Shown: positions 9,322-19,699, counted from the first letter of the stretch. The stretch is 64,000 nt of DNA from an uncultured Bdellovibrionales bacterium (GCA_964468125.1 CAYXVF010000016.1:5538-69537); one strand, 5' to 3'. Notes: generated by a model from the letters alone, not told the origin. Translations and numbers: made by a program.

Positions 9322-10344
9322 ATGACGGAAGCGAGAGCACTCACGGAGGGATCGGAAGGTCAGGCGCCTACCGCCCTCAACGAAACTCCGATGGTGGAGA
9401 CCCGGGGCCTGCGCAAGCAGTACGGCCCCACTTTGGCGGTCAAGGACGTGTCTTTCAAAGTCAACCGCGGCGAAATCGTGGGCTTTTTGGGCCCCAACGG
9501 CGCGGGAAAATCGACGACGATGAAGATGATCACCGGCTATCTGAAGCCCACGGCCGGCAGCGCCTTCATCGGCGGAATCAACGTGGGCGAAGACCCGATC
9601 AGCGCGCAGCACAAGCTCGGCTACCTGCCGGAGAGCGCGCCGCTCTACGAAGACATGATGGTGGTCGATTTTCTGAACTTCGTGGCGGACTTGCGGGCGG
9701 TGCCGGCCGCCGGTCGCCGCGAAAAGCTCACGCGCATCGCCGAGCGCTGCGGATTGAAGGCGGTGCTCGGGAAGGACATCTCCCAGCTCTCGAAAGGATT
9801 CCGACAGCGCGTCGGCTTGGCCCAGGCCATGGTTCATGATCCGGACCTATTGGTCCTCGACGAGCCGACGAGCGGTCTCGACCCGAACCAGATCGTCGAG
9901 ATCCGAGAGCTCATCAAGGACCTCGGTCGCGAGAAGACCGTCATCCTCTCGACCCACATCCTCCCGGAGGTTCAGGCCACCTGTGACCGGATCATCATCA
10001 TCAACGAAGGCACTCTGGTCGCCGACGATACGCCGGACCGCCTCAACGAGTCCGAGTCCGGCTCGATGGTCCGCGTGGTCGTGCGGGAGAAAGAGGGCGG
10101 CGCCGACCGGGAGACGATCAAGACGCTGCTGAGCAATCTGCCTGGGGTTCGCGGTCTCGATGTCGTGGACGGCGAGGGCAAGGGAACCTTCGGGTTCAAC
10201 CTTCGCACCGGGAGCGACCAAGACCCGCGGGCCGCGGTCTTCGAAGCCGCAGTCAACAATCAGTTCATCCTACTCGACATGCACCGGGAGAGCGTATCCC
10301 TCGAGGATACCTTCCGCCGCCTCACCATCGGGGAGGTCAAGTGA
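9322..10344 (+). CDS. ABC transporter ATP-binding protein (GldA-like, ABC-2 type)
   Basis: GAGGAG ribosome-binding site then ATG 9322. Walker A GPNGAGKST, signature LSKGFRQRV, Walker B LLVLDEPTSGLD. Confidence 0.8.
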   Translation: MTEARALTEGSEGQAPTALNETPMVETRGLRKQYGPTLAVKDVSFKVNRGEIVGFLGPNGAGKSTTMKMITGYLKPTAGSAFIGGINVGEDPISAQHKLGYLPESAPLYEDMMVVDFLNFVADLRAVPAAGRREKLTRIAERCGLKAVLGKDISQLSKGFRQRVGLAQAMVHDPDLLVLDEPTSGLDPNQIVEIRELIKDLGREKTVILSTHILPEVQATCDRIIIINEGTLVADDTPDRLNESESGSMVRVVVREKEGGADRETIKTLLSNLPGVRGLDVVDGEGKGTFGFNLRTGSDQDPRAAVFEAAVNNQFILLDMHRESVSLEDTFRRLTIGEVK

Positions 10345-11060
10345 TGCGAAACGTTTGGATCATCGCGCGCCGTGAGCTGCGCAGCTACTTCGACTCGCCC
10401 GTCGCCTACATCGTCGTCTCGGTGTTTCTCTTGGTGGTGGGCTGGATGTATTTCAGCGCGGTCTTCATCGATGGAGAAGCTTCGCTTCGGCGCTTTTTTC
10501 AGCCGAGTCTCTTCTCCCCGGCGTTCCTGCTCACAATCATGATTCCGGCGCTGACCATGCGGTTGATCGCCGAAGAGCGAAAGAGCGGCACGATCGAGAT
10601 GCTGAGCACTCTGCCCATCCGCGATTGGGACGTGGTTCTCGGCAAGTTTCTCGGCGCGACGCTACTCATCACGATCGCTCTGGCGATGACCTTCATGTAT
10701 CCGCTGACCATCGCCGGCGTCGGCCCCCTCGACTGGGGGCCGGTGATAGCTGGCTACGTAGGAATGTTTTTGTTCTCAGCGTCGCTCGTCGCGATTGGGC
10801 TTCTGTGCTCGACCCTGACGGACAACCAAATCGTTGCGTTCATCATCGCTTTCTTGGTGAGCGCGCTGCTCTATTTCATCTACTTCCTGCAACCGTTCGT
10901 GCCCGCGTTCGCGGCGCTCTTCGAGGTGCTGTCGATCAGCTACCACCTCGAAGCGCTCGCGCGCGGCGTGATCGACTCGCGCAACGTCCTCTACTACGTG
11001 ACTCTGACCGCGGGCGCTCTGTTCCTGGCTGAGCGCTCGGTCGCCCGGCAGCACGCCTGA
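10341..11060 (+). CDS. ABC-2 family permease (GldF-like)
   Basis: 239 aa, 6 predicted TM helices. Start overlaps the upstream stop (ATGA). Confidence 0.75.
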   Translation: MMRNVWIIARRELRSYFDSPVAYIVVSVFLLVVGWMYFSAVFIDGEASLRRFFQPSLFSPAFLLTIMIPALTMRLIAEERKSGTIEMLSTLPIRDWDVVLGKFLGATLLITIALAMTFMYPLTIAGVGPLDWGPVIAGYVGMFLFSASLVAIGLLCSTLTDNQIVAFIIAFLVSALLYFIYFLQPFVPAFAALFEVLSISYHLEALARGVIDSRNVLYYVTLTAGALFLAERSVARQHA

Positions 11061-11071
11061 GGAGGGATAAG

Positions 11072-12694
11072 ATGAACAAGACGACCAATTCGCTCGTGTT
11101 GACCGCTGCCGTGATCGGCATCCTCGTGATGCTCAACATCATCGGCTGGAATGCCTTCAGCCGACTCGATCTCACCGAGGACCAACGATTCACCCTCAGC
11201 CCGGCGACGACCGCGATGCTCGACCGTCTCGAGGACCCGGTCACCATTCGGGCCTACTTCTCCGAGCAGATGTCGCCGCGGTTCTCGAACAACCGGCGCT
11301 ACGTGCGGGACATACTGGACGAGTACTACGCGGCCTCGAATGGACGTGTGGTCTACGAGTTCATCGACCCGGTCGCGGAGGAGACCGAAGAGGACAAGGA
11401 GAAGAAGAAGGACCTGAAGCGTGACCTCTTCGGTCGGATCGTCCGCGAGAAGACCAGCGTCGAGCAAGAGCTCGAGCAGCAGGGGATCGCCGCGGTCACC
11501 GACCAGGTGGTGGAAGGCGACGGGATCCAGAATCGAAAGGTCTACATGGGAATCGTCGTGAAACACGACGATGACACGGAGGTGCTCCCCGTCGTCCAGG
11601 ATCCGACGACCCTCGAGTACGAGCTGACCACCATGATCCGCAAGCTCACGCGTCCCACGACTCCGAAGGTGGCGATCGTCAGCGGCTTTGGCGGACCCAC
11701 GGAGCAAGAGGGTCTTCAGGCGCTCTATCAAATCCTCCGGAGCCAATACGATGTGGTGACCCTGGATATGAGCCAGGACCCGACCATCCCGGACGACGTG
11801 CGGGCCATCATGGTCGTGGGGCCGACTCAGAGCTTCAGCGACGAGGCCAAGCGCGAGATCGATCGCTTTGTCGTCGACGGTGGCGCGGCTGCGCTCTTCC
11901 TCGACGACTACGACGTCAACCTGAGCAATCTTCAGACCACGGACGTGGACCATGGTCTCGACGCGCTGCTCGCCGCTTACGGCGTGAAGGTCAGCGAAGG
12001 CCTCGTTCTGGACGGTGAATGTCAGACCATTCAGGTGCAGGGAGGAGCGATGCTCGGCGGGATCCCCATTCCTCAGCCGATCAAATATCCGCTCATTCCG
12101 TCGCCTCGCCAGTTGGATCCGGAGAACCCGATCACGCGTGGTCTCGGCCAATCGGTCTTCCCGTTCACCAATGCGCTCACCTTCGAGGTTCCGGAGGGAG
12201 CCGAGCTCGAGACCGCGGTATTGGCCCACAGCTCCCCGGATTCCTGGCTCACGAAGGGTCCACTCAACACGGACCCGTTTGCGATTCAGCGCCTGACCAC
12301 GGATCAGGTGCAAAATCAGGGGACCCACAACTTCTTGGTGACCGTCAAAGGCGCCGTTCCGGGGTTCTTCCAGACCGAGCAGGTTCAGGAGCGTTCCGCG
12401 GATTCTCGCATCATCGCGGCAGGAACTTCGCGATTCATGCGCGACGAAATCCTGATGCGCTCGCCGGTGCATCAGAATCTCACCCTGAACATGATCGACT
12501 GGATGCTGCTCGACGAGCAGCTCTTGAAGATCCGCACTCGGGGCCTGACCTCGGCACCGATCGAAGAGCTGAGCGACAGCACCCGCGCGACCATTCGCTA
12601 CGGCAACATGGTAGGGCTGCCGCTATTGTTCGTGATCTTCGGGCTCGTGCGCTGGCGCATGCGCGAGTCCAAGCGCGCGAGCGTGACGTTCTAA
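11072..12694 (+). CDS. GldG-like ABC-type uncharacterised transport system component
   Basis: 540 aa. N- and C-terminal TM anchors with a large periplasmic domain. Position after the GldA/GldF-like pair. Confidence 0.65.
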   Translation: MNKTTNSLVLTAAVIGILVMLNIIGWNAFSRLDLTEDQRFTLSPATTAMLDRLEDPVTIRAYFSEQMSPRFSNNRRYVRDILDEYYAASNGRVVYEFIDPVAEETEEDKEKKKDLKRDLFGRIVREKTSVEQELEQQGIAAVTDQVVEGDGIQNRKVYMGIVVKHDDDTEVLPVVQDPTTLEYELTTMIRKLTRPTTPKVAIVSGFGGPTEQEGLQALYQILRSQYDVVTLDMSQDPTIPDDVRAIMVVGPTQSFSDEAKREIDRFVVDGGAAALFLDDYDVNLSNLQTTDVDHGLDALLAAYGVKVSEGLVLDGECQTIQVQGGAMLGGIPIPQPIKYPLIPSPRQLDPENPITRGLGQSVFPFTNALTFEVPEGAELETAVLAHSSPDSWLTKGPLNTDPFAIQRLTTDQVQNQGTHNFLVTVKGAVPGFFQTEQVQERSADSRIIAAGTSRFMRDEILMRSPVHQNLTLNMIDWMLLDEQLLKIRTRGLTSAPIEELSDSTRATIRYGNMVGLPLLFVIFGLVRWRMRESKRASVTF

Positions 12695-12725
12695 CTCGAA
12701 TCCATTCGACGACGGAGAGATCGAA

Positions 12726-14243
12726 ATGAATCGTACGACGTTGGTCGCTGTCGGAGTGTTTGTGCTCCTGTTGGTAGGCGTGTTCGCCACTCAGAGAGAT
12801 ACGCCAGAGCGTGGCATCGAGCGCGTGAGCTTCAGCTCGCTCGAAAAAGACCGGGTGGACGTGCTCGAGATTCGAGGTCCGAACGAGGTGACGCTCACCA
12901 AGAACGATGGTCAGTGGCGGGTCGATGGAGTGGGGAAAGACGCGGACGCGTCGATGGTGGAGCGTGCGCTGGACCAGCTGATGAAGGTCGAGACGAGCGA
13001 CCTCGTCACCAAATCCGAAAAGCGCTTCGAGGACCTCGGTGTCTCCGAGGAAAAGGGCGTGAAGGTCGTCGCCAAGGATGGAGGCAAGGAGCTCGCGTCT
13101 TTCATCCTAGGGAACGGAGCGTCTGGCGGCTCGTACCTGAGGGTGGACGACCGGGTCTTTGCCGCCGAGGGGATCTACAAGGGCACCTATGACCGAGAAG
13201 CGGATTCTTGGCTCGACCGACGGGTGTTCCGCGGTCGTCGCATCGACGATGTGGAGAAGCTCACCGTTGCGCTTCAGGGACAGCCGCCCTTCGATCTCGT
13301 CAAAAAAGATGGTGTCTGGGCCTTAGGCGACGGCGTCCAGGTCCCGGAGGGTTTTCGTTTCGACAAGAACGCCGCACGCAACGTCGCTTCGACGCTCGTG
13401 AACCTGCGGGCTCGTGACATCGTACTCGATGGTGTGGTGGCCGACACGGGGCTCGGCGAAGGGGCGGACGCGTTCGCGCTCACCTTCGCGAAGGGCGAGA
13501 GCAACGATGCCGGGACGGTGACCCTTCGCCTCGGCGCGGCGGTGCCACAGGGCGAGGAAGAGAAGGATCCGGGGCAGGTCTACGCGATGGTCGATGCGCG
13601 CGCCGATGAGGTCATCACGCTCCTGGACTCACAGGCGCAGAATCTGCGTCGCGGACTCGACGCCCTGCGTGACCTGAAGGTGATGGACTTCGACCCGGCG
13701 AAGGCGACGAAGCTTTCCATTCGCGGCGAGCACCGCGTCGACCTGGAAAAGAAGGACGGGGCCTGGACCCTCGGGGCACATAGCGAGAAGGAGCCCGATG
13801 ATTACGAGTTCGACCCGGCCTCGGTGATGCGTCGGCTACGCGCGGTGCAGAACGCGCGCGCCACCGGCGTCGTGACCGACATGACTCTAGCCTCGGCCGG
13901 GTTGAGCCGCCCCAGCGCGGAAGTCGTCGTCACTCTCGAAGACGGCTCCACCGCGAGACTAGCCTTCGGAACGCAGTTTAAGGACGAGAACGAGCGCGAC
14001 CACGTCTACCTGACGGGCAATGGGGATGGTCTGGTGTACAAAACGACGACTTGGGTCCGCGACAACACCACCAAGGGTCTCGATAGCTTCAAGAAGCAGG
14101 CCGCGCCTGCGGGCGGTGCCATGAGTGGCCTAGACCCCGCCGCGCTTCAGAACCTGCCGCCCGAGGTGCGCAAGAGCCTCCAGCAGCAGATGGCGCAGCA
14201 AGCGCAACAGCAAAAGATGCTCGAGCAGCTCAAACAGCAATGA
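12726..14243 (+). CDS. DUF4340-like protein (fourth gene of the Gld-type ABC operon)
   Basis: 505 aa. N-terminal TM (LVAVGVFVLLLVGVFA). Gln-rich C-terminus. Typical partner of GldG-like genes. Confidence 0.55.
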   Translation: MNRTTLVAVGVFVLLLVGVFATQRDTPERGIERVSFSSLEKDRVDVLEIRGPNEVTLTKNDGQWRVDGVGKDADASMVERALDQLMKVETSDLVTKSEKRFEDLGVSEEKGVKVVAKDGGKELASFILGNGASGGSYLRVDDRVFAAEGIYKGTYDREADSWLDRRVFRGRRIDDVEKLTVALQGQPPFDLVKKDGVWALGDGVQVPEGFRFDKNAARNVASTLVNLRARDIVLDGVVADTGLGEGADAFALTFAKGESNDAGTVTLRLGAAVPQGEEEKDPGQVYAMVDARADEVITLLDSQAQNLRRGLDALRDLKVMDFDPAKATKLSIRGEHRVDLEKKDGAWTLGAHSEKEPDDYEFDPASVMRRLRAVQNARATGVVTDMTLASAGLSRPSAEVVVTLEDGSTARLAFGTQFKDENERDHVYLTGNGDGLVYKTTTWVRDNTTKGLDSFKKQAAPAGGAMSGLDPAALQNLPPEVRKSLQQQMAQQAQQQKMLEQLKQQ

Positions 14244-14599
14244 CGCGTCGAGGCGCCAAGGCCGATGGTGGGCGGCCGCCGGGTGGCTGCCCTGCGAGCT
14301 CCTGCTCGGACTCGAGCTCGCGTGGCCTCAGGATGCGGGCTGCTTCAGATCGACGATCCGCGGCAAGCTAAACCATCCAAGGTCTGGCGTGATCGCGAGC
14401 GTGAGGCGACCGGTGTTCATGGCCATCGCGGCGCGCGCGCCTTCGACGACGACGAACTTGAACCCGAGGTGCTTCGGCATTTCCAGATAAATTTCGTCAC
14501 GCGCGGGGAAGTAGCGGCCGGCAACTACGGCAACAGCGCCGATCCGGATGCCCGTCGCATTTTGCGAGAGTACAACGAGCGCTCACCCGCCTGTTGCGG

Positions 14600-15091
14600 C
14601 TAGCGCTGGACGAGCAGGACGTAGGACGTGCCGTCGGGGGCGACGTAGAAGTCGATCGCGCGGACCACGGAGAATTCACTGGCGGGCGTGAGGTACCCAC
14701 TTCGGGTCGAAGGGGGCGGCCGGACCAGATGACCGAATCCCCGGCGGACGGCGAGACGCATGGAGTGTTCCGGCTTCGCCTCCGGTAGGGCGCTACCGAC
14801 AGCGAATCGCCGGCCCTGCAGGTCTACCCAGGTCGAGCGGCGTGTCCACTCGGGCGCGGCCGGTCGTTGAAAGAGCTCGAAGGTGAGGTCGGGCGTCTGA
14901 ATGCAGCGACCCCCGTTTCGCCCCAGGGTGACCGCGGCGGCGGCACAGTACTCGTCGATTCGAAAGGACCTCTCCAGGACCAGCATCTCCGGGTCCCAAG
15001 GGGGTGGGGGAGTCGAAACGGGCGCTGGCGCGCCGCCGGTCCCGCAGGCGCACGCGAGGAGAAATCCTACGAAAGAGGAAGCGAACCGCAT
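14600..15091 (-). CDS. Hypothetical lipoprotein
   Basis: 163 aa. Signal peptide with lipobox FLLACAC|G. Confidence 0.5.
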   Translation of the reverse strand: MRFASSFVGFLLACACGTGGAPAPVSTPPPPWDPEMLVLERSFRIDEYCAAAAVTLGRNGGRCIQTPDLTFELFQRPAAPEWTRRSTWVDLQGRRFAVGSALPEAKPEHSMRLAVRRGFGHLVRPPPSTRSGYLTPASEFSVVRAIDFYVAPDGTSYVLLVQR

Positions 15092-15187
15092 GAGATTCTA
15101 GAACTATGCACCGCGCGTCGCCATTCCAAGAGGACTTCGCTCGCGGATTGATTCCTGCGCCGCTGCGGCCGATGCTGCGGCGCAACC

Positions 15188-15897
15188 ATGATAAGTGTAG
15201 TGATCCCCGCGCTCAACGAGGAGCAGACGCTCGAAGAGCTTCACCGCCGCGTCGTTGCCGCTGCGGGAGCCTGGGGTGATGAGTGGGAGCTGATCCTCGT
15301 CGACGACGGAAGCACCGACGGGACCTGGGCGCTCATCGAGGCGCTCCACCGCCGCGACTCCCACGTCTGTGGTTTGCGTCTCTCGCGCAATTTCGGTCAC
15401 CAGGCCGCGGTGAGTGCGGGGCTTCAACACGTTCGAGGCGAGGTTGCGGCCGTGCTCGACGCCGACCTGCAAGATCCGCCAGAGGAGCTCGCGCGGTTCT
15501 TCGCGAAATGGCGCGAGGGATTCGAGGTGATCTACGCGGTCAGGACCCAACGCAAGGAAGGGCTCCTCAAGCGGGCGAGCTACTACCTATTTTACGGGCT
15601 CCTGTCTGTCCTCGCGACCGTCGACATCCCTCTCGACTCCGGGGACTTCTGTGTGATGGACCGCAGAGTCGTTGACGCCCTGAACGCGATGCCAGAACGC
15701 AATCGCTTCGTTCGAGGGCTGCGGTCCTGGACTGGCTTCAAACAGGTGGGGCTCAGCTACGAGCGTTCGTAGGAGGGGTACAGCTCTTGAGCCTCGGGAT
15801 TCTCGGTGAGTACGTCGGAAGGATCTTCGAGGAGGTCAAACAGCGGCCGCTCTATCTCGAGAGCGATCGCGTGGGTCTCGACGAGGAGCACCGGTGA
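15188..15897 (+). pseudogene. GT2 polyprenol-phosphate glycosyltransferase (GtrB/DPM1/ArnC-like) with internal deletion and frameshift
   Basis: The N-terminal 194 aa are intact (VVIPALNEE..., DDGSTDGT, DADLQDPPEEL, ...[22 protein letters not shown]) and end at TAG 15770. The conserved C-terminal tail [21 protein letters not shown]... follows only about 12 nt later in the +1 frame, ending at TGA 15895-15897. The roughly 90 aa that normally carry the two TM helices are absent. Confidence 0.5.
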
Positions 15898-16733
15898 AAC
15901 GGGAGCAGCTCGTTCTCTTCGGTGACATCGAAGACCGCCACTGGTGGTTTGCGGCACGCCGCCGGTTTTTTGCGCATCTCGCAGACCAGCTCTGCTCAGC
16001 GAGGGCGCGCATATTGGACGTGGGCTGTGGCACCGGCGGAAATCTCGCGGCACTCACCGGTGATCGCGACGGCGTGGGCGTCGATGCGTCTGCAGACGCG
16101 GTGGCGCTCGCGTGCGAGCGTTTTCCGAATCTGAGGTTCTCGCACCGTCGCATTACCGAAGGGATCGAAGCAGAGCTCGCGGACGCGGACCTCGTGCTTT
16201 TGACCGATGTCCTGGAGCACGTTCGCGATGATTTCGAGTTCCTGTCGCGCCTTCTTGCCCCGATGCGCCCGGGCAGCCGACTTCTGCTCACCGTGCCGGC
16301 GGAGGAAGCGCTCTGGAGTCCCCACGACGAGGCGGTGCCGCATTTCCGGCGCTACGATGCCCCACGCCTGCGCGCGGTATGGACCGGTCCGCCGGTCCGC
16401 GAGCGTCTTTTTTCTCCCTTTAATGCTTATCTCTACATTCCCGTTCGCGCGGTGCACGCGCTGACCTCGCGACTGCGATTCGCCGCGGGACGGGCGAACA
16501 CCGATTTTTCCATCCCGCCGCAACCCGTGAATGCGGCGCTCGAGGCGCTCTTCGCGCACGAGCGTCACGGATTGGCCGAGGCGATCGGCCGCGGAAACCC
16601 CGCGTTCCCCCGAGGAGTCAGCTCGATCGCGATATTGGAGCGCGAACAGGGGGAGATTCCGGTGCGTCGCAAACCGCAGAGCTTGCCGCCGGACCGCTTC
16701 GATCCACCGGTTTCCGCATCCAAAATCGTGTGA
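15894..16733 (+). CDS. Class I SAM-dependent methyltransferase
   Basis: GTG start overlaps the TGA of the GT2 tail frame (GTGA). SAM motif [16 protein letters not shown]. Conserved acidic residue after motif II (LLTDVLEHV). Confidence 0.7.
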   Translation: MKREQLVLFGDIEDRHWWFAARRRFFAHLADQLCSARARILDVGCGTGGNLAALTGDRDGVGVDASADAVALACERFPNLRFSHRRITEGIEAELADADLVLLTDVLEHVRDDFEFLSRLLAPMRPGSRLLLTVPAEEALWSPHDEAVPHFRRYDAPRLRAVWTGPPVRERLFSPFNAYLYIPVRAVHALTSRLRFAAGRANTDFSIPPQPVNAALEALFAHERHGLAEAIGRGNPAFPRGVSSIAILEREQGEIPVRRKPQSLPPDRFDPPVSASKIV

Positions 16734-16782
16734 AACGAATCATCGGCCGACGAGACGCGCACATCGAAAGGAGACGCAGCAG

Positions 16783-17175
16783 ATGCGAAGCAACTACGGA
16801 TTCGGCAAGAGAGTAGACGGGGCCTTCGACGCCGTCGTGGAACGGGTTACGGCCGCTCTCGCGAAGGAAGGTTTCGGCGTCCTGACGGACATCGATGTCG
16901 CGGGCACGATGAAAAAGAAGCTCGACGAAGACATGCCCCCCTACCGGATTCTCGGGGCCTGTAACCCGCCCCTGGCGCACCGCGCGGTGAGCGAGGTTCC
17001 GGACATTGGACTCTTGCTTCCCTGCAACGTCGTGGTCCGCCAAGACGAGGCCGGCGATGTGCACGTCGACTTCATGGATCCGCGGGCGGTCATGGGGCTC
17101 GTGGAGCACCCGGGAATCGCGCCCCTCGCAGACGATGTGAAGGGACGCCTCGACCGGGTCCTGGAGGCACTCTGA
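16783..17175 (+). CDS. DUF302 domain protein
   Basis: 130 aa. GGAG ribosome-binding site. GFGVLTDIDV...YRILGACNPPLAHRA...DIGLLLPCNVVV matches the DUF302 consensus. Confidence 0.7.
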   Translation: MRSNYGFGKRVDGAFDAVVERVTAALAKEGFGVLTDIDVAGTMKKKLDEDMPPYRILGACNPPLAHRAVSEVPDIGLLLPCNVVVRQDEAGDVHVDFMDPRAVMGLVEHPGIAPLADDVKGRLDRVLEAL

Positions 17176-17190
17176 GTGGCAGGAGCACAC

Positions 17191-17949
17191 ATGTGGAAAG
17201 CGTTGAGCGTCGCGACGTTGCTTCTTGCCCTGCCGCTCGCGGCCCACGCGGAGCCCACGGCGATCGCAGTGCGCACCGTAGCGAAGGGTGCGAAATTCAT
17301 CGGCAGCGGGATGGGCGGGGTTCGAGTCACCATCGCGGATGCGTCGACCGGTGAGCTCTTGGCCGAAGGGGTGATAACCGGCTCCACGGGCGACACCGGC
17401 AAGCTCATGACGGAAAAGCTGCCGCGCCTCGCACCTCGGGCCACCGAAGGCTCGGCGGTTTTCGCGACGACGCTCGACGTCGACACTCCCCGAATGCTCC
17501 GTGTCACCGCGCGCGGCCCCTTGGGCCAACCGCAGGGAATGGCCGAGGCGAGCACCACGCTGTGGCTCGCGCCGGGCATGCCGGTCACCGGGGGGGACGC
17601 CGTCCTGCTCGAGCTTCCTGGCTTCGTGGTCGACGTCGTGCAGCCCGTCGCGACCGAGGCGGTTGCCGTCGGAAAGACGGTGACGGTCCACGCGAACGTC
17701 GTGATGATGTGCGGCTGTCCCTTGCAGCCCGGAGGGCTTTGGGATTCCTCCAAAATGAAATTTCTCGCCTTCGTTTACCGCGACGGTCGAGAGATCGCCC
17801 GCGTGCCCGCACGCTACGCGGGGCAGGCCAATCACTTCGAGGCCAAGGTCCCGGTGAAGAAAGCGGGTTCCTATCAGGTGACCTTTGTGGCCCATGACCC
17901 ACGGGATGGGAACACGGGGGTCGATTCGGTGGTCTTTAGCGCGAAGTAG
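17191..17949 (+). CDS. Secreted hypothetical protein
   Basis: AGGAG ribosome-binding site then ATG 17191. Signal peptide MWKALSVATLLLALPLAAHA|E. No recognised motif. Confidence 0.5.
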   Translation: MWKALSVATLLLALPLAAHAEPTAIAVRTVAKGAKFIGSGMGGVRVTIADASTGELLAEGVITGSTGDTGKLMTEKLPRLAPRATEGSAVFATTLDVDTPRMLRVTARGPLGQPQGMAEASTTLWLAPGMPVTGGDAVLLELPGFVVDVVQPVATEAVAVGKTVTVHANVVMMCGCPLQPGGLWDSSKMKFLAFVYRDGREIARVPARYAGQANHFEAKVPVKKAGSYQVTFVAHDPRDGNTGVDSVVFSAK

Positions 17950-17952
17950 CGC

Positions 17953-19359
17953 TCAACGCAGATGGCGCTCGTGCAGATAGACGTGAACCGGGCCCGCTCC
18001 CGTCTCCGGATGGATCCGCACATAACCCGGCGGATTGCCCGCCGTGCGTCGGACCAATGCATCGGGTTTGCCCTCCGCCACCGCCTCTCGGAGCATGCGG
18101 CGCACTTCAGCGCTCCCCGCCTCGTAGTAGTAGACGTCGTTGAAGAGCGGTACGTGGCCTGCGTAGAGCGGCAGCTCCGGGCGGAAGGAAAGCACCCCGG
18201 AGCCCGCCGGAAGCCGTTCCCGAAGCAACTCGACCGCACGTTTGAGCTCCGGTCCGTCGGCGCGCGGGACCAGCACCCGACCACGCACCGTATTGCTGTG
18301 GAAGACCACGATCTGCAGCCCCATCGCGAGCGCGAGCATCGTGGCACTCGCCGCTCGAGGGAGGCCCGCCTCGAGCCATCGCTGTGCCTGCAAGCCGGTA
18401 CACAGCGCCATCGCCAAAGCGAGCTCCATGAAGTGATTTACGTTGGCGCCCAAATGCCCTGCCCCCACGAGGCCGATCGCGAGAGCTGCTGCGAAGTAGG
18501 CGAGGGCAGCCCAGAGCTCGGGACGGCGGTTTCGCTCCGTGATGCAGTCCCAGGCGAGCGATCCGCCGGCGAGGAGGCCTAGGACACTCAACGGCTGCCC
18601 CGAGAACTCGCGAAAATGCCCGAGGGCACGCACGAAGGAGACGCCGAAATCGCCGACCTGGGAGCCCGCGTTCGTGAGGTAGTGGAGGTTGCCGGTGCCG
18701 GCGAGAAGGGCCAGAAATGCGCCACCGACCAGGAGCAGACCGGCCAAAAAGGCCGCCGTCGGCCGGACGCGTCGCGTCGAGAGCAGGAGAAGAACGATCG
18801 CCGGCGCGGTCGCGATCAGGGTCACCTTCGTGGCGAAGGCGGTGAGGCTCAGCATGCCGGCGAGAACGAAGGGGGCCGGGCGATCGCGTTCGAGCGATCC
18901 CATGACGAGGGCGAGGGCGAGAAAGCCACAGGCCGCACCAAACATGTCCACGCGCATGAGCGTCGAGTAGCGCCACACGGTTACATTGAGCGTCAACGTG
19001 ATGAGCGCGATCCAAATCGCGTCGTCGCTCCCAAAGCGGGACAGCACCCGTCGCATGGCCCACCAGACGAGGAGGAGTGAAGCGAGGCTCAGGAGACGAC
19101 CAAACCAGAGCGCGGGTCCGAACACCACGAACCCTAGGCCGGTGGCGGCGTAATACGCGGGCCCGTAGGAGGAGAACATCCAGGGCCACTGGCCGAACAC
19201 CTCCGGACCGTAGACTGCGCGGCCTTGGCCGAGCCACAGGGCCGGCGTCAGCGAATGGCCCTCGTACTCGTAGTCAAAGGCGCCAAACGCGGTGAAGAGC
19301 CCGAAGGTGACGAGACTCGCGAGGCTCGCGAGCGCAAGGGTGCGAAGGTCGAGTCTCAC
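17953..19359 (-). CDS. Polytopic membrane protein, probable GT-C-type glycosyltransferase (ArnT/PMT-like)
   Basis: 468 aa. About 11 hydrophobic helices plus a roughly 90 aa soluble C-terminal domain. Located in a cluster with a GT2 polyprenol-P sugar synthase-like gene. Function inferred. Confidence 0.5.
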   Translation of the reverse strand: MRLDLRTLALASLASLVTFGLFTAFGAFDYEYEGHSLTPALWLGQGRAVYGPEVFGQWPWMFSSYGPAYYAATGLGFVVFGPALWFGRLLSLASLLLVWWAMRRVLSRFGSDDAIWIALITLTLNVTVWRYSTLMRVDMFGAACGFLALALVMGSLERDRPAPFVLAGMLSLTAFATKVTLIATAPAIVLLLLSTRRVRPTAAFLAGLLLVGGAFLALLAGTGNLHYLTNAGSQVGDFGVSFVRALGHFREFSGQPLSVLGLLAGGSLAWDCITERNRRPELWAALAYFAAALAIGLVGAGHLGANVNHFMELALAMALCTGLQAQRWLEAGLPRAASATMLALAMGLQIVVFHSNTVRGRVLVPRADGPELKRAVELLRERLPAGSGVLSFRPELPLYAGHVPLFNDVYYYEAGSAEVRRMLREAVAEGKPDALVRRTAGNPPGYVRIHPETGAGPVHVYLHERHLR

Positions 19360-19699
19360 CGACCCGCTCTCTGGATGGATCGCGCCAAGAGCTCGCTCGG
19401 CTGAATCCTGGGCGGATGCGGTATGTCGGTTTGCCGCTGGGAGAGGTCGGTCAGGATCGCATCGGCGCCCAGGCGTCTTTCGAGTCTCTTGGCGAGGGAT
19501 TCAGGGACCATGGCGCTTCTTTGCCACTCTAGGCAGCAAGTTGGGGTCAGGGGAACCCGCCGGTATTTTTCCCAAGACGCGGTTTTTTGCCCTCCCCAGC
19601 TCTGGCCCCGGTTTGACTCCCTGCACCCAGGACGACTAGTTTCCGCCGCCAGTAGACCACGAGCACGAAAGCCATCAGGCCAACGGAGACGCCATCACC

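Noticed and set aside
14265-14603. 112-aa plus-strand ORF after the DUF4340 gene
   Set aside because: Arg/Ala-rich and without a ribosome-binding site. Overlaps the 3' end of the minus-strand lipoprotein gene. Probably a non-coding spacer.
19360-19699. Possible SAM riboswitch in the 340-nt region upstream of metK
   Set aside because: No SAM-I, SAM-II or SAM-IV conserved cores are recognisable. A short complementary pair (ccaagag ... ctcttgg) is within the divergent promoter region and insufficient evidence. Needs an Rfam scan.
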